Below are positions 39,501-52,400 of a stretch of DNA of 64,000 bases, piece by piece. This DNA is from Blasia pusilla. Lineage: Eukaryota. The position numbers and the translations under genes are program-made. Positions within the stretch are counted from its first letter, which is position 1. Each line of letters opens with the position of its first letter. Where the stretch lies: NCBI GenBank assembly GCA_050084515.1, contig CM114271.1, forward strand, positions 44,702,001-44,766,000. Reading direction: 5' to 3'. The notes beneath the pieces were generated by a model. That model was not told the DNA's origin and made no database searches. It saw only the letters and a list, made by a program, of their open reading frames with translations.

Positions 39501-39575
39501 AAACTGCACTCGCAATCCCTTCACCATATCCTCCAAGCTTCTCTGGAAAAACGACTCGATCATGGTGGCGGCCAT
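36564..39575 (-). CDS. AP3D: AP-3 adaptor complex subunit delta (adaptin N-terminal solenoid), intronless CDS, ~1003 aa
   Basis: FQRSLEDMVKGLR, KAVALQKLTYLHM, WAAFHVVEVMS, KVGYLAASQSF, PYLPLAPEFY, NWLAIKLMKIF and EVQERA are delta-adaptin hallmarks. First ATG (MAATM) at 39575; the ORF-track start at 39743 is TTG. Confidence 0.95.
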   Translation of the reverse strand: MAATMIESFFQRSLEDMVKGLRVQFVGEAKYLAKALEEVKREIKSTDASTKAVALQKLTYLHMLQGTDMDWAAFHVVEVMSMQRFSLRKVGYLAASQSFSERTDVLLLITNLMKKDLGGNNEYETALALECLSKIVTPDLARDLTPDIFNLLASGRAFVRKKATVALLRVFMQYPDAIRVAFKRLVEKLSDSDPSVVTAAVSVLCELTLKDPKPYLPLAPEFYKLLVGSPSNWLAIKLMKIFGALAPLEPRLGRKLAEPLCELMRKNRTKTGAKSLLLECINTVTVGLAQHEVAVKLCVENLNELMRDDDHNLKYLGLRALANLMSAHPWAVIENKDVITDCLSHEDPGIQKGSLRLIIGMVSDANVTETVQVLLQQAHKTDPTFCNELLRVILSTCSADQYDLISDFTWYLSVLVEMARIPRCDQGEEIGRQLIDIGFRVKSVTADVLKAGRELVLDPALVGLSSFHGVLAAAAWITGEYVAFSHNPYELIEGLLQPRTKLLPASVRAIYIQAVLKIFVSYASRFYKHNLSDAGFAGSHDNDGSGNLSAPVSTSTTGKSWVSSTNAIAEGSLDAHGEGAGLQEGNISCSTRVENTMELQPVNQEDYVIKEEPQMVVGSLSALVKLIMENVRPMVHSADVEVQERASNLVGVLQFFKDVPGLGSLSRLDSRQFSGIKAMLDALEGVFNVEMGPVSRHAQGRVVAPEGLIIDNLDVLGPLQNQEITEGSTDREGQREWEDGTLFTSHSKRGVGPQVDESAALLAQHRLRHENFYLPTGDGLPAAHVDATALPSTSGGYVPPVDSSLGWTKPRRAKVRPVVVKLDGEEEHSKLSSKLKMKDLKDDFISSAIRDVLAGDSRSSNKHHTPTLGDEVRESGKVRPHRPRGIRTSRHAERENSFKDQASATKRDELCLERDANLSSGNDSNTASASKKPDHTKSLSKHRQSRHGRRVMSSNDDEEERSDAVKSPRKTQGKSKTRRSGRHRANSPSHKINYSTPGTDFLL

Positions 39576-42500
39576 TCTGCACGCCCGGCCGGATCCACCT
39601 TGTTCTACAACCCCAATCCCCAATCTCTCCGAGGCCTTCCTCAACCCCAAACTCCCACTCCACCCTCCTCCGCCAACGAAAGCATCCTGTCCGGACCCTC
39701 TCCTTCCAATGCCGACCGCAATTCCGCCCCTGCTCTGCTCCAAATCCCTCCGCCCTCAATCGATCGCCACAGACCAAGCCAGCCACCACCATCCCCCATC
39801 GTGCATCAAACGCATCGTTGCAGGGCTGAAGCAGAAATAATCCCCATCTCGCTCACATCCATCAATCTCACTGCATCAAACTCATCGCTACACACGGCTG
39901 AGGCAGACGAATTCCCCATCGCGCTCACATCCATCACTCTCACTCACGCACCCCCCTATCGCTCCGATTGCGCACCACGACGCGCTCGCTCGCTGACTGA
40001 CTTGCACAGACCCCACCCCCACACCCACAGTCCTGCGCTGGGACGTCCCTCGTTCTTCTTCCTTCTTCTTCCTGTGGTTCTTCCTGGGGCTGACGGAGGG
40101 CCGACGGAGCCGTCGACGAGGGCGTGCCACCTGGGCGCCGCGGTGGAGAAAGAGCGGGCAAGCGGAAAGACGGACCATGCGCGGGCCGCGCGGCAAAGGC
40201 TGGCGAGCGTGGGCCCCAGGAGGCTTTCCCTCTCTTCTCGCGCCACCTCTCACCGTGGTCGCGAGTCGGCTTCTCGGCGGGTGACGGACGGACTTGTCTC
40301 GGTAGCGCGTTATGTCGTGGTTTCGTAGAAATCATCCGCCTCCTTAGATTTCACCGGTGGAGAACAAAATAATTAACATATACTAGTATAACATATTCAC
40401 ATATGGAGGATGATAACATGAAATTATCTTTTTTAAAATTTATTCAGTAAAGTTTATTTTTTTAATTAAAAATTATTTATTTATAATGCATGAATTTGGC
40501 TTAAGAAAAATTTCATCTATTCTATTTTCTAATTTTAGAAAAAAGAATTTATCCTTTTTCCAATCCCCATCTTTCAATAAGTAAGAGAAAATCACTTATT
40601 TTGATGAATTTTTTTCTCAAAAGAGGGGTTAAAATTTTCTACCAATCTAATTTCAAAATTAAAAATAACAGAAACAACATGTCTTCCATTATTTTGAAGA
40701 ATAATTCTTGTCCCATTAGTTTCCTATTATCCTTTTCATTTTTTCCCCAAAGGAAAAGTAATTTTGCCTCAAAACTAAACTTTAAACATCATTTAAAATT
40801 TCCAAACAAGAAAAGAGAATAGAAATTAAAGAGACTCTATAAGATTTCATGGGGAAGATGTTTGAATTTGAGTTAAGTAGGTTATTTATTTTTTAATTAA
40901 AATTTTTAATTATTAAAATTTTTAATATAATTATTAAAATCTTACCCATTCTTGTTTTCTGCTTGGTATAGGGTAAAATTAAAAGAAAAAAATCATGAAC
41001 TGGCTTCATGGACATTATGATACGTGTCATTCAATCATTTGTCTTCACAATGAGCTAACGCGCTTAATAATAAGATGTGTTTAGTTTTCTTTTCTTTTAG
41101 ATAATTTAAATGGAAAAAAATAACGAGAAGTCTTAAATTTTTTAATTTCAAATTTTTAATAATTTTTCATTTTTAAATCTTAAAAGAGTGATTGCATTTC
41201 AGTTTTAAATAATACCTAACTATCCTAAATAATTTAGGTCCTTCAATAAAGTTCAAATCATTTCCATTAAGTTTAAATATTTCCAAATGTCAAGATTACA
41301 TTAGTTGGTGAGGAGCCCCTAAAGCAAATTCCTCTCATTTCTACTTTTCCCTTTTCACTCTTCCTACCAAAATAACATCCATTAACTAAATTATAAAATA
41401 TTTTAATTAACTAAATAATTTCACTTTTCCATTAAATTTAATTTTCCTTTCCTAAAATATGGAATATGAATTAACATGATTGTTTTAAAACATAATCGTA
41501 TTTTTCAATTAAAATATTAAATAAAATTTTAATTTTTTAAAAAACTGAGAAGAGTAATAACATTTGCTATTCTAAGTAATTCCACTCCTCACTTGAAATT
41601 TTAATGATATTCCATTCCCCTAAATAATTACACCCTTTCGTAAATAAAATAAAATGTCTACTCCTTATCCATTAAAATTTATTTTTCCTTCCCATCAAAT
41701 ATGAGTCAAGGAATAAAATTACATTTTTTGGTTTTTTTTATTTTATTTTTTTATTAGTTATTATACACACTTAGGATCATTCATTATAATTTAATTAATT
41801 AATTCAAAAATCATTTTCTGATTCTATTCAATTTCATTCTTTCTACCCATCTAATGGGACCAAAGGGAAAAAATCAAAGCATGTTGTTATTTTGTCCTAT
41901 TGTCTTAATATTGTGCATATGGAGTCGCCAATTATTATATAGATGTGTTGTGGAGTTTTGTTAAAAAAGAAGTTCTAAAACCAAAAATATATATGTCCAT
42001 CCCGTGTAAGAAAAAAATTAATGCTACACATAATTTGTGATTAAATATTTAACTAAATCTCATAACTCTTAATTTATCTCTCAAATGATTAATAACATGT
42101 AATAATAAAGCCGACTATGTTGACCAACATGGTAATTTCACACAAACGATAGAGAGAGATGAACTAGATAGAGAGCCATAAGATCATCAGGATGGGTTTA
42201 GTGTATCTCAAGAAAAGGGAGAGAAAAAAATTATGTTCCAATGGTTTGTAAGGGAAAATTCTTGCTTTTTACATGTGTAGAAGAATTAAATATAGATGAT
42301 ATTTTATGGTTGAGTGATGCAAAATCAAATGTTAATATGGATTAGAAAATTCCCACTTATGAAAAGGTCTTAGATGAGTGGTGAATCTTGTGCTCAACAC
42401 AAAAGAAAAATTCTGGAAAATTTATCTAGATAAGAGGTGGAAGAAGTCTACTATATCATGCAATATATACTTTATTTAGGAGCATGAATTTGGTTTTGTA

Positions 42501-43451
42501 TATCTTTGGACCACAAGGAAATAAAAAAGATCCCTACTATTTGGCCATATTCATTGGAATTAAAGAATTAGCCAAAAAGCATTTGAGAATCTACACGTCA
42601 AAGTGAAGGATTTACTACACTAATTGGTAGTTAGTTAGTGTATATTAGTGGCATTGAAATTTTACTACTTTAAGTTATGTTGACATTTTTTTTATCAAAA
42701 CTTGAGATTAGACTTTATGCTTTTCAAACTTCGCATGAAGCTTTGGAATGAGTTCGAAAAATTTATCTATATATCTATATATTTATTTATTTATTTATTA
42801 TGTGAGGATTTATTTTATGTAAGTACTTGACTTTGCTCATTTTGTTCCATATTGCATGGTCTATCGTGCATTAATAAAATTCATTGTATAGTGTTATAGG
42901 GTCTTAAATAATTTAATAGTTAGATTCATAAGATAATAAAATATAATAACTTTTTTTCACATCTTTTCTTATTATTAAAATTTTAAATTAAAATCCTAAT
43001 TATCTCAAAATCCCAAACCAATTGTCTCAATTAGTTGGAATAGTGATTTTTGTTTAATTTTCCAAGCTACAAAATAATGCCATTAAGGAATACTATCAAT
43101 TTCCCTAGAAGAGCTTTATGATAGCACAACAAGTAGTTTTACATAGGCATCTTCCAAAATCACTATTGTAGGAGCTTGAAGGATAAAATCATCTTGGTTG
43201 TCAAGATATAAGTGTAAGCCCATCAAAAATTATTTCTCATATTTAATGCTTAACTTAGCCCTCTGAAATAAGTTTACTTTTGCTCTTCAAATAATTAAGT
43301 TACTATTCCTCTTCCCCCAACATGTTTTTCTTTATTAGAAAATGACATGATTACTCATAACTAGAACTTTTATTTAATTAGTCTTTCACTACTCCTTTAA
43401 GATTAATTTCTTTCAAAAGTTCCAATCACTTTCTTATTCTATTATATCTTA

Positions 43452-43969
43452 CTAGTATATGCATACTTGTGCGATGCATCACTAAAGATTTTACCAAAAA
43501 TTATTAGCATAATAAAATATTTCCTCAAAAAGAGGGAAGACACATACATTGTATCCAATTGTAGATGGCTTCAACCAAAGATGAGAGAGAACTCTTCCTC
43601 CTTGTAGGAAGACTTTTGTTGCTTGAATGATATAGATACTTCACGATTGCAAAAAAAAGTATACCAAACTAGAGCACTTTTTTCCAATCAACTCTTTCTA
43701 TTGCAAGCACTATTATTGCTGAAGGTATGGCCAAATTTTTATACTTTTCATGCCATTTTACATTGCTATTGTAGGTTTGTATCAACACATAGACATCAAA
43801 ATTCCTAAATCATGCTAAGGATGAAGAGAGGTAACATCCCAAAAAAATTTAAGAGGAATTCTTCGAGTAAAGATTTGCTAAAATATTCTATTGATTTTGA
43901 TTCTTTATGGGATTCATATATTTAGACCAATAATGTTTAGGCGCCACATTCAAGTGAAGATTCCATGGT

Positions 43970-44009
<40 letters not shown>

Positions 44010-44403
44010 AAGAGCTAGTGTATTGCTCGTAAAGGGAAGAGATTAATGATGCTGCACATAAAGGGAAGAGATTAATGATGTTGCACATATTTCTCGCTGC
44101 CCGTAGCATGTGAAACATTTTCTTGCTGCCTAGTTGCCACGTGTCAAGCAGAAAGGTGTTTGCAAATCATGAAGGAAATTTCCCATAATAACATAGATAA
44201 GGTGCCCGTATAATGCATGAGAAGTAAAAAGGTGTTTGAAGTGCTAGTGTATTGCTCGTGAAGGGAAAAGATTAATGATGCTGCACATAATTTCTTTCTT
44301 GTTGCCCATAGCATGTGAAAATTTTTCTTGCTGCCTAGTTTGCCACGTGTCAAGTAGAAAGGTGTTTGCAAATCAAGAAGGCACTCTCCCATAATAATAT
44401 AGA
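43452..44403 (-). mobile_element. Non-autonomous Helitron with internal ~205-230 bp duplication and a (TA)n tract
   Basis: Minus-strand 5' TCTATATTATTATGGG at 44403. 3' GATGCATCGCACAAGTATGCATATACTAG ending 43452. Flanks are A and T. 44008-44200 is repeated at 44237-44400. Confidence 0.65.
43973..44007. repeat. (TA)n microsatellite
   Basis: Direct reading. Confidence 0.95.
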
Positions 44404-45125
44404 TATATATATATATAGACTCAATCTCCAATGTTATTCGATGTGATGATTGTAGAATTTGTATCATCAATGACTCTAATTTGTGATGGAAGAATAGTTG
44501 TATCTCTTAATAAGTTGATGTCACGAAACCTTCAGGGATCGTATCCATATATAGTGTGAGTAAGATCACTTATCTTCTTACTCTTAGTCACCATATTAGT
44601 TGGAAGTTGTATGAAACCATCTCTTACGTCGACGTGCAAAGGTGCACGACCCTCTCCCACCTCCATTAATCAATTAGCACAAGATTGTTGATGAACATGC
44701 ATATCACCTTCAAAATTTAGAATCTTCATGTTTATTGTAAGATACATCATCCTAACATGAGACCGTAAAGTTGATGTCTTAAAGGTAGTTTGGATCCTTT
44801 TTGGAAAATCTCCATGACAAACTACAAGCAAGAATCTTGTGCTTCTTCATTAGTTAGGGTTTGAATGTTATTTTCAAATTGAATGATGACACATGATTTC
44901 AATTGACTCAAATTTCATTTTTCTTGAAATTGTTTCTTATTGTTTTCCAATATGTTTAGACTATGTTTGCATCATACCACAACTTCACATGCTTCAAGTA
45001 ATAAGACATATGGCTAAACATGAACGTTTCAGGAACATTCAACAATGACCAATACTTGCTTAGAGAGAGGTGAAAAAATTTAAGACACATATAAGGAATT
45101 CCAAACATAAAGATTATTATGTTTG

Positions 45126-45127
<2 letters not shown>

Positions 45128-45170
<43 letters not shown>
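45128..45170. repeat. (GA)n microsatellite
   Basis: Direct reading. Confidence 0.95.
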
Positions 45171-45174
<4 letters not shown>

Positions 45175-46739
45175 ATGCTCAACAAATAGATGCATGAGTA
45201 ACTAGGATCCAAATTAATCCAAACAAAGTCGATTCCAAGCTTACATAAAGACATATTATGGATATTCTAAGCGAAAGTCTTCTAGGCTAGTCCATCATTC
45301 TATATGTTTATTAGAGCTACTTGAATGTTTCACCATAGCTATACAAATGGTGGTCACCAAAGTTTTCCTGGGATATTTCATGTTTATAGTAATGGCAAAA
45401 GAGAGCGTCCCTTTCACTAGTGACATAGATAAAAAAATTTAAAAAAATTGGGGTAATGTGGTACGCAAGGGTCATGGAGGGACGAGGATTTTGGCGTTTA
45501 CCTTTGAACCGAAATAGCAAGGAATAAAAAAAAACAACCATCTCTCACCTAATTCGCCTTATGACAGACACCATTGAAAAGTACCAAGGGCTCTCCTAGA
45601 GCCATACAACCCATAGAGTATTTCTTTTAGGCGTGTCAAGCTAAGGACTCCCTGTCTAACCCCATCAATATATAAAGGCATTCCTCCCTAACTAATCATT
45701 CATGTGTATGGATCTTTTCAAATATTGAGGTTACTCTTACTTGCCAAATTTGGGATATGTTCCATCCTAGAGTTTGTATTTCGTACATCTATAGTCCATT
45801 AGTACTATATTACACTTGTGGATTTGCACAAAACCCCTTTAAGTAGTCTTTTCTTCTCTTAGAAAATTTCACTTCTTTTAGTAAATAAAGACTTCACTAT
45901 CTTAACATATATATATAGTAGTTGGTTATCTCATGTGTAGAATATGACAAAATAGTAACAAGTTTACAATTTTATCCCTTAATTCATATTTGATATTTTA
46001 CATATAAATTAAAATTCACTAATTAAAATTAAAATTTGATTTAATTAATGTATGTTATTTTGAGCTGGAAGAATATTAAACTTCTTATGCATGGGTGGAG
46101 TTATTTAGGAGAATGGGATATGATTTAAATTTCAATCAAGAGTAGACTTGTTTACAAGAGCGGAATATTGCTACTCGTTTGAATTTTAAGAAAATAAAAT
46201 TTATTTAAAACTTTCATTATTTAAAAGAATGATTTTCGTTGGCATGCTAAATAGTAATATAAATGTGGAATCGGACGTCATAAAACGTCTCATTGACATT
46301 TGGCTTCTGACAACCTTTTCAAGTTCAAAGGGGACGAGCATTTCGAGAGTGGAAAATTTTATTTTGGTTCTTTTCCCTCCTGAAATTGGAATGCACAAAG
46401 CCAAAAACAAAGGTGAGTGCGATTATTCCTCGTCCTGCCTGCCGTACGCTTGATGATGGAGGAGGCAGTGGTAGTTTTTTCTCCCTCACAACGGATATGG
46501 AGTGGACAACTGCGCGACTCAAACTGTAAAGCGGAGCTTTGACATTGCTCTAGCGTATGATTTGTGGAACTTATTTCTCCGCTAACACTTCGCTTTCGGA
46601 GAGAGCATCGCTTTGGTTCTGTGGCGCATTCACCATCACCGACTGTGTCAATGCAAGACTCCATTTTCCATGACTGTATGTGTACATCTGGTAGCTAGCT
46701 TCCTTTCTGTGGTCACCAATTGGCCACGCGCGTTTGAGG

Positions 46740-47880
46740 ATTGAGAACTGGTCAGCGGGGTAGATCTAGCATCGGCAAGGGTTTGATGATACAGCTGTTC
46801 AAAAGACTCCGTGGCATTCGATTGCATCGGCAAGGATGTGATGATGTAGCTGTTGAAAAGATTATCTGCCATTCGATCGCAGACCACCGCGTCGGTTTCA
46901 ATTGGAACTGCTGTCTTTCGACAGAAGACTAGGCCGGAATTCGCTGAAGAGCTCCGACAAGCATGGAGCTAAGGTGCTTTAGGAAGGGCTTACTTGTGCG
47001 AATGAAGGCCACGTATTGCGGCGACTGCGCTCGTTTCGTGTCGCCTCCGCGTAGTTTGGTAGATTTTGCACGTCTTGAATTATGAAATTCGAAATGGTAA
47101 TAGTTGGCTTGCTGCAAGCGTAATCCTTTGTACAGTGCCACTTCGTTAGAGATACTCTTTCCAGGTGTGAAACAAACTTGCACATACATTGAGTGCCTGG
47201 CACACGTCGGGGGTATTTTACCGAATGATAGGGAAATTGGGGACAGAATTGAGACTGTGAGAGTTCTCCATCTGTGTGCAGGCAGCGTTGCTTAACTTCT
47301 ACTTGTGCGCAGGAGGGCCACCGTATTGCGGAGACTGCGCTCGTTTCGTGTCGCCTCCGAGTAGTTTGGTAGATTTTACACGTCTTGAATGATGCAATTC
47401 GAAATGGTTATATTGGCTTGCTGCACGCGTAATCCTTTGTACAGTGCCAGTTCGTTTGAGATACTCTTTCCAGGTGTGAAACAAACTTGCACACATATTG
47501 AGTGCCTGGTACACGTCGAGGGTATTTTACCGAATGAGAGGAAAACCGGGGACAGAATTGAGACTGAGGGCTGTCCATCTGTGTGCAGCCAGCGTTGCTT
47601 GAGTTTTAGCCAGCCGTCCTTTGAAATTCTGCCAAGGAAACCGGGTATCTTCTGAATGGATCTCAGCGACGTTTCCTCTTGCGCTAATTTTTTCTTGCGC
47701 CACTACTGGAACTGAAAGGAGGACTTTACGAGTTCTGGGATGTTGAAGATGTTGCTTCATGAGAAATCGGCCCAATCCAAGGGTACCTGCACTTCGGATC
47801 CCATCATTCAAAGTACATGTGATTGGTGCAGGTGAACTGCCAAACACTTTTCCGACACAGCTCAAGCAATGTAGGCAGTG
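46740..47880 (+). pseudogene. Probable decayed NLR-type LRR sequence containing a ~310 bp tandem duplication (about 46991-47292 and 47300-47600)
   Basis: Plus-strand fragments DCARFVSPPRSLVDFARLEL, ILPNDREIGDRIETVRVLHLC and GELPNTFPTQLKQ resemble LxxLxLxxCxxLxxLPxxIG repeats, broken by stops and frameshifts. The duplication is directly visible. Confidence 0.5.
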
Positions 47881-49419
47881 CAATATTGGCCCGAGCTCAT
47901 AAGACTAGCCCTAGATGGCATATAAATGAAGTCCTAGACCTATAGTTGTCCCGAAATTCTACTTCCTCCAGACTTCAGAAACCTGAGCTTTACCTGCCCT
48001 AGCATAGCAGATCGAAGGTATGAAAAAATCAAGACAATCATTTTGATCCAAACCAGACACCTCCAGATTGTTACAATCTTCGGAATCATCCATATAAGAG
48101 AAGGGCAAGGACAGGTGTGGCAGTGATACTCAACATGAAGTTACATTAAGATGGTGGAATACATCACAGAAATCTACAGATGGTTCGATCGTAATAACTG
48201 AACCAAGCCTACTTTTTCCTTCCACCTCACCCATTGAAAGGCACCTGGACGAAGTCTGTATCAAACGACTGGAGTGACCCGTGTATTGTATTGCGTTTCC
48301 AAGGGAAAACTCAGAAGGAACGGGCAGTGTCCTCTACATCAAGTTCAGGTTTACAAGCACGGGGGATGGGGAAGGTCTGGGAGGCAAGACATTTGGCACT
48401 TTCACAAAGCTAGATCACTTACTGGCGCAAACATCCTCAATATCATAAAGGCTTCTCGAAAACTGTGGAAGCAAGATATTGAGCAAGATCACCCATATTA
48501 AGAAAAAAGGATGAAATCAGAGTTGTACATTTTCAACATCAGTCAAAACAAACTAGTGAGGTTAGAGGAGCTGGCTTGCATACTCACAACTGAAGCCAGC
48601 TTGCAGGCAGTCTGCACATCAGCAACCAAAACCAGGCATTATGTTCCGTGGATGGTTGCTGCTCACTGACTCATTGCAGTTCTTACAGAAAAGTCCTTAA
48701 TCGAGGACGAAGAGTGCCACTATGGAGAGGTAGTGGTTCCTTCTGGACAATACTGTGAGGAACATGCTAAGAAAAGCTGTTACTGAATCCATATGATCTG
48801 GTCATCGCCATGTACCTAGCTGAAGGGACCGAATGAGACCTTGCCATACTTAGAATACACCCTCAATCCGTGCAGGGCATCTCTCCATTCGAACATTGGG
48901 GTGGAACCTAGGTCACAATCTGCAGTTGGCTTGTTTTCAACTAGTGTAAACTTTCATCTCTTCCGAGTGTAGACCAAGTACACTTCGAGTAAAGTTTGAA
49001 TACTGAGTGAATGCTTCTCCCATGATATGCACGGGAACAGCTTCCGATGGTATCGCAAATCCAATGATAACATAATTGAACGAGAGGACATAATCTTGGC
49101 ATTTCTGGTCGCCAAAACTGGAAATAAAATCAGTGGCAGTTAGACAAACTGGCGTAGTCTGTAACTGATGTCGGAGGCCTTTCATCAGATCTCTTCTGTC
49201 CCGTCGACAACCCAATGATAAGAAGTGTTGTGGTGAAAGAAAGCCGAAGGAAATTCAACGATTCTCAAAACACTTACAGTCATCACGGGTACTTGACTAA
49301 GATGGCTGATAATGTCACTGTTTGGAACCCTCGGGGGATCTCATTTTAACAGGAGCCTCCAAACCTGTTCTGGTCGATTACTTGGGCGTGGGTATGAGCT
49401 TTTGCCTCGTATATACACT

Positions 49420-52400
49420 CTATGACACGGTGTAGAGTTTAAAGCTAGGATTCATAGGTCCCTCCATGATCACCGAATCGTCATCCTTATGTACTTCCAC
49501 ATCCTCCTTGGTAAGGTCGTGCAATCCGGGAGGGAGATCACCCTTGAGGCCCGTGCAGCCCACCAGATTCAGGACCTGTAATGAGCGGAGCCCTGTAATC
49601 TCTGCTGGCAGTTTCGTTAACTTGGTGCAACAATTCAGTGACAGCTTCTGTAAGGCCGTCAAGTTTCCTATCTGCTTTGGAAGGTGTGTCAGATGCTTGC
49701 AGTAATCTAGATCTAGGGACTGGAGAGTGGTCAAACCCCACAATTCCTCTGGCAACCTGAGAAGAGCTGTGCAAGTACTCAGGGATAATCGCTGCAAAGA
49801 TCCAAGACACCCTATCTCCCGAGGAAGCTCCTTCAAACCTATACAAGAGCTCAAATTCAACCTCTCCAGAAATGCCAGACTTCCGATCTCCTTCGGGAGT
49901 TTCTCCAGTCTCGCACAATTTGTCAGAGATAGCTCCTCCAACATCCCCAGCTTTCCGATTTCAGGACATATAGAGGTCAAGGCGCAGTGACCGCAAGAAA
50001 GATAGGTCAAACTCCGTAAGCCTCCGATCTCTGCGGGTAATTGTGTCAAGCTCTTGCAGCGGCTCAGATCAAGCTTTTCAAGATTGGACAATGTCCCAAT
50101 CTCTGGAGGTAGCGAAGTCAAATTTTGGCACCCTGAAAGATCCATTTCTTTCAGATGCACAAGGTGCCCAAGGGATCTTGGAAGCTCTTTGATTCCCCCA
50201 CAATTCTCCATGCGGAACCTACAAAGAGTACGCAGATTTCCGAACGTCTCAGTGAGGTCCTGCAAACGGCTGCAGCTATAAAGGTGGAGTTCCACAAGCC
50301 CTGCCAGTTGTGCCACTGTGTCTGGCAACTCTTCCATGTTGTGACATCCAATCAACGTCAGATCCTTCAGCTGTGGTGGAAACTGCACAAGTCCATTGCA
50401 AGTGATGGAAGTATCAAATAGCTGAACACAATATAGTGACCATGTAATCAGAAGTACTCGAACAAAAGTCGAGCTGTTGAACTGGTTAGTGGAAGAATTT
50501 CCAGTTTACAGTAACCCCTATAACAATAGGGAGAGTAGATGGACCGTGTATGATTTCAAGAAGCAAATCTTTCATAAAAGTTGACAGCATAAGTCGAATA
50601 CGACACTGCGAGTAAACTGCTGAACTACTCAATCAACAACGGCCATCCACGATCTATCTAAAACTTACGACCATCCACTATCCATCTGAAACTTATGTAA
50701 AGGCGAATCAAGCCAGCACCAGTCCTGTTACTTTACAAATCACACCCATTTGAGGCTGCAATCATTTTCATTCTCTTTTCCTCAAACTATGTTGACAACT
50801 CTACTAGCTACCGACTCGGCTACCTTAACTCTAGACGAGTACTTCTCCAAGAGATCTTCTGTGAATTATGTGAATTGTATACAACCATGAAGATATGTGA
50901 GAGACTTTCCCCTAATGTCCTTTGAATATAAAAACAGACCTACTTCAAGGTATGAAGATTTATTTGGACACTTGGTGTAAAGTGTACAAACGTACCTTGA
51001 GATTCAAATCAATTTCGTGTGCCCTCAAGACAACCATCTCGAGCTTCTTCATGCGGTTCATCTGGAAAGGGATTTTCACTTCTGATGCAGGCTGACTCCG
51101 CCCCCAGTAGAAGAATTGGAGCTGATTAAGGGCCTTGGTGCAGTATCCTCGAACACCAGTGTCATGCAGTATCAAAAGACGCAAATTGGTCATTCGTTCT
51201 AGCATGTGCCCCTGAAGGGCCTCTCGGCAACTCAAGAGAGAGAGACCCTTAATGTTGCTGAGTTCCTGCAACCAGAGACGTGCCAAGTGGGCGTGTCAGA
51301 GAGATATCTTGACTGAGACAAACCATTCAACAAACAGAATATGACTAAGCGTCTTGTACAAGAGAAGTGTACTCCATGAAATTTCAACTGCAAAAGAAAT
51401 CAAATCATTCGATCACAAACTCTAAGCTTGGACAGTGACTGAGATTCTCCGGTCACTCTACACTTCCGAATTCTCACAGCTGACATCATTCTATGGTCTA
51501 CCCATGCATACAAATAGAAGAAACACTACACTACAGACCAAATCCCACGTGGTTCATCAGAAATATGTGCTTACATTTCCAGGGCCGTCCACCAACAGCC
51601 TTTCTGGCAGATGTGTCTGATCCTCGGACAGAACACGATTACCCTGAGCTCGACGGGAACCGATAGCAGCGAGGAGGTCGTGCATACCGACAAGCTCGAC
51701 CTTCCAAGGATGCTCAGAGTATCTGGTCCATTGAGCAATACCATAAAGACTCTCTGTATCTTTCTTGCTGGCCGCCAACAAGGCCTGGCTCATTAAGCAC
51801 TTCATTTGGGGCTTGCCTACTATTCGATCCACAAGCCTCCAATCCCAGCCTCGAAAGAAAATGGAAATATCTAAAAACGCTTCTTTAGATGACACATCAA
51901 GTCGATCATAGATGACCTGTAACTTGCTAAACATCTGATCTTCTGGAGAATCCAGTTCTTCAGCCTGCTTCATCTTCTTAGCTATTGTTGACCAGTGTTC
52001 CTCACTTTGATTTCCTTCATCTGCAAAATAAGAACCGGTGACCTTAAGAGCAAGAGGATTCCCATCACACAAAGGTACGACCTGGTCGACCATTTCTACG
52101 TACTTGTTGAGCATCCCATGACTCATTACCGGCTCCGAAGCTGCATGAGATAGGAAGAGAGTCTTAGCTTGCTGTGCAGTGAGAGGAGGAAGCTTGTATG
52201 GTAGGTAGTGATATTGAGGCATAGCCGGCCGACAGAGTTGATCTAACCGGTTGATGATAGCTAGAGAGGGAGAAGAAACTATCACTAAGCTTCTCAGGGG
52301 GAGAACTTTTCCAAGGCTGTGAGGAAAGAGCTCTCCTATAAGTCGGATGTCAAAGAGATTGTCGATTGCTATGCGCGCTTGCTTGTTGTTGTGTTTCAAC

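Noticed and set aside
36564-39575. Intronless AP-3 delta as a possible retrocopy
   Set aside because: Plant AP-3 delta genes are, to my knowledge, typically intron-poor and lack the ear domain. No poly(A) or TSD was seen.
39327-40372. Several long overlapping ORFs on both strands (for example the 333 aa ORF)
   Set aside because: Antisense shadow of AP3D plus its GC-rich 5' UTR and promoter; low complexity with no recognisable domain.
40380-43440. Very AT-rich tract with possible transposase fragments near 42100-42620
   Set aside because: Too degenerate to assign by eye.
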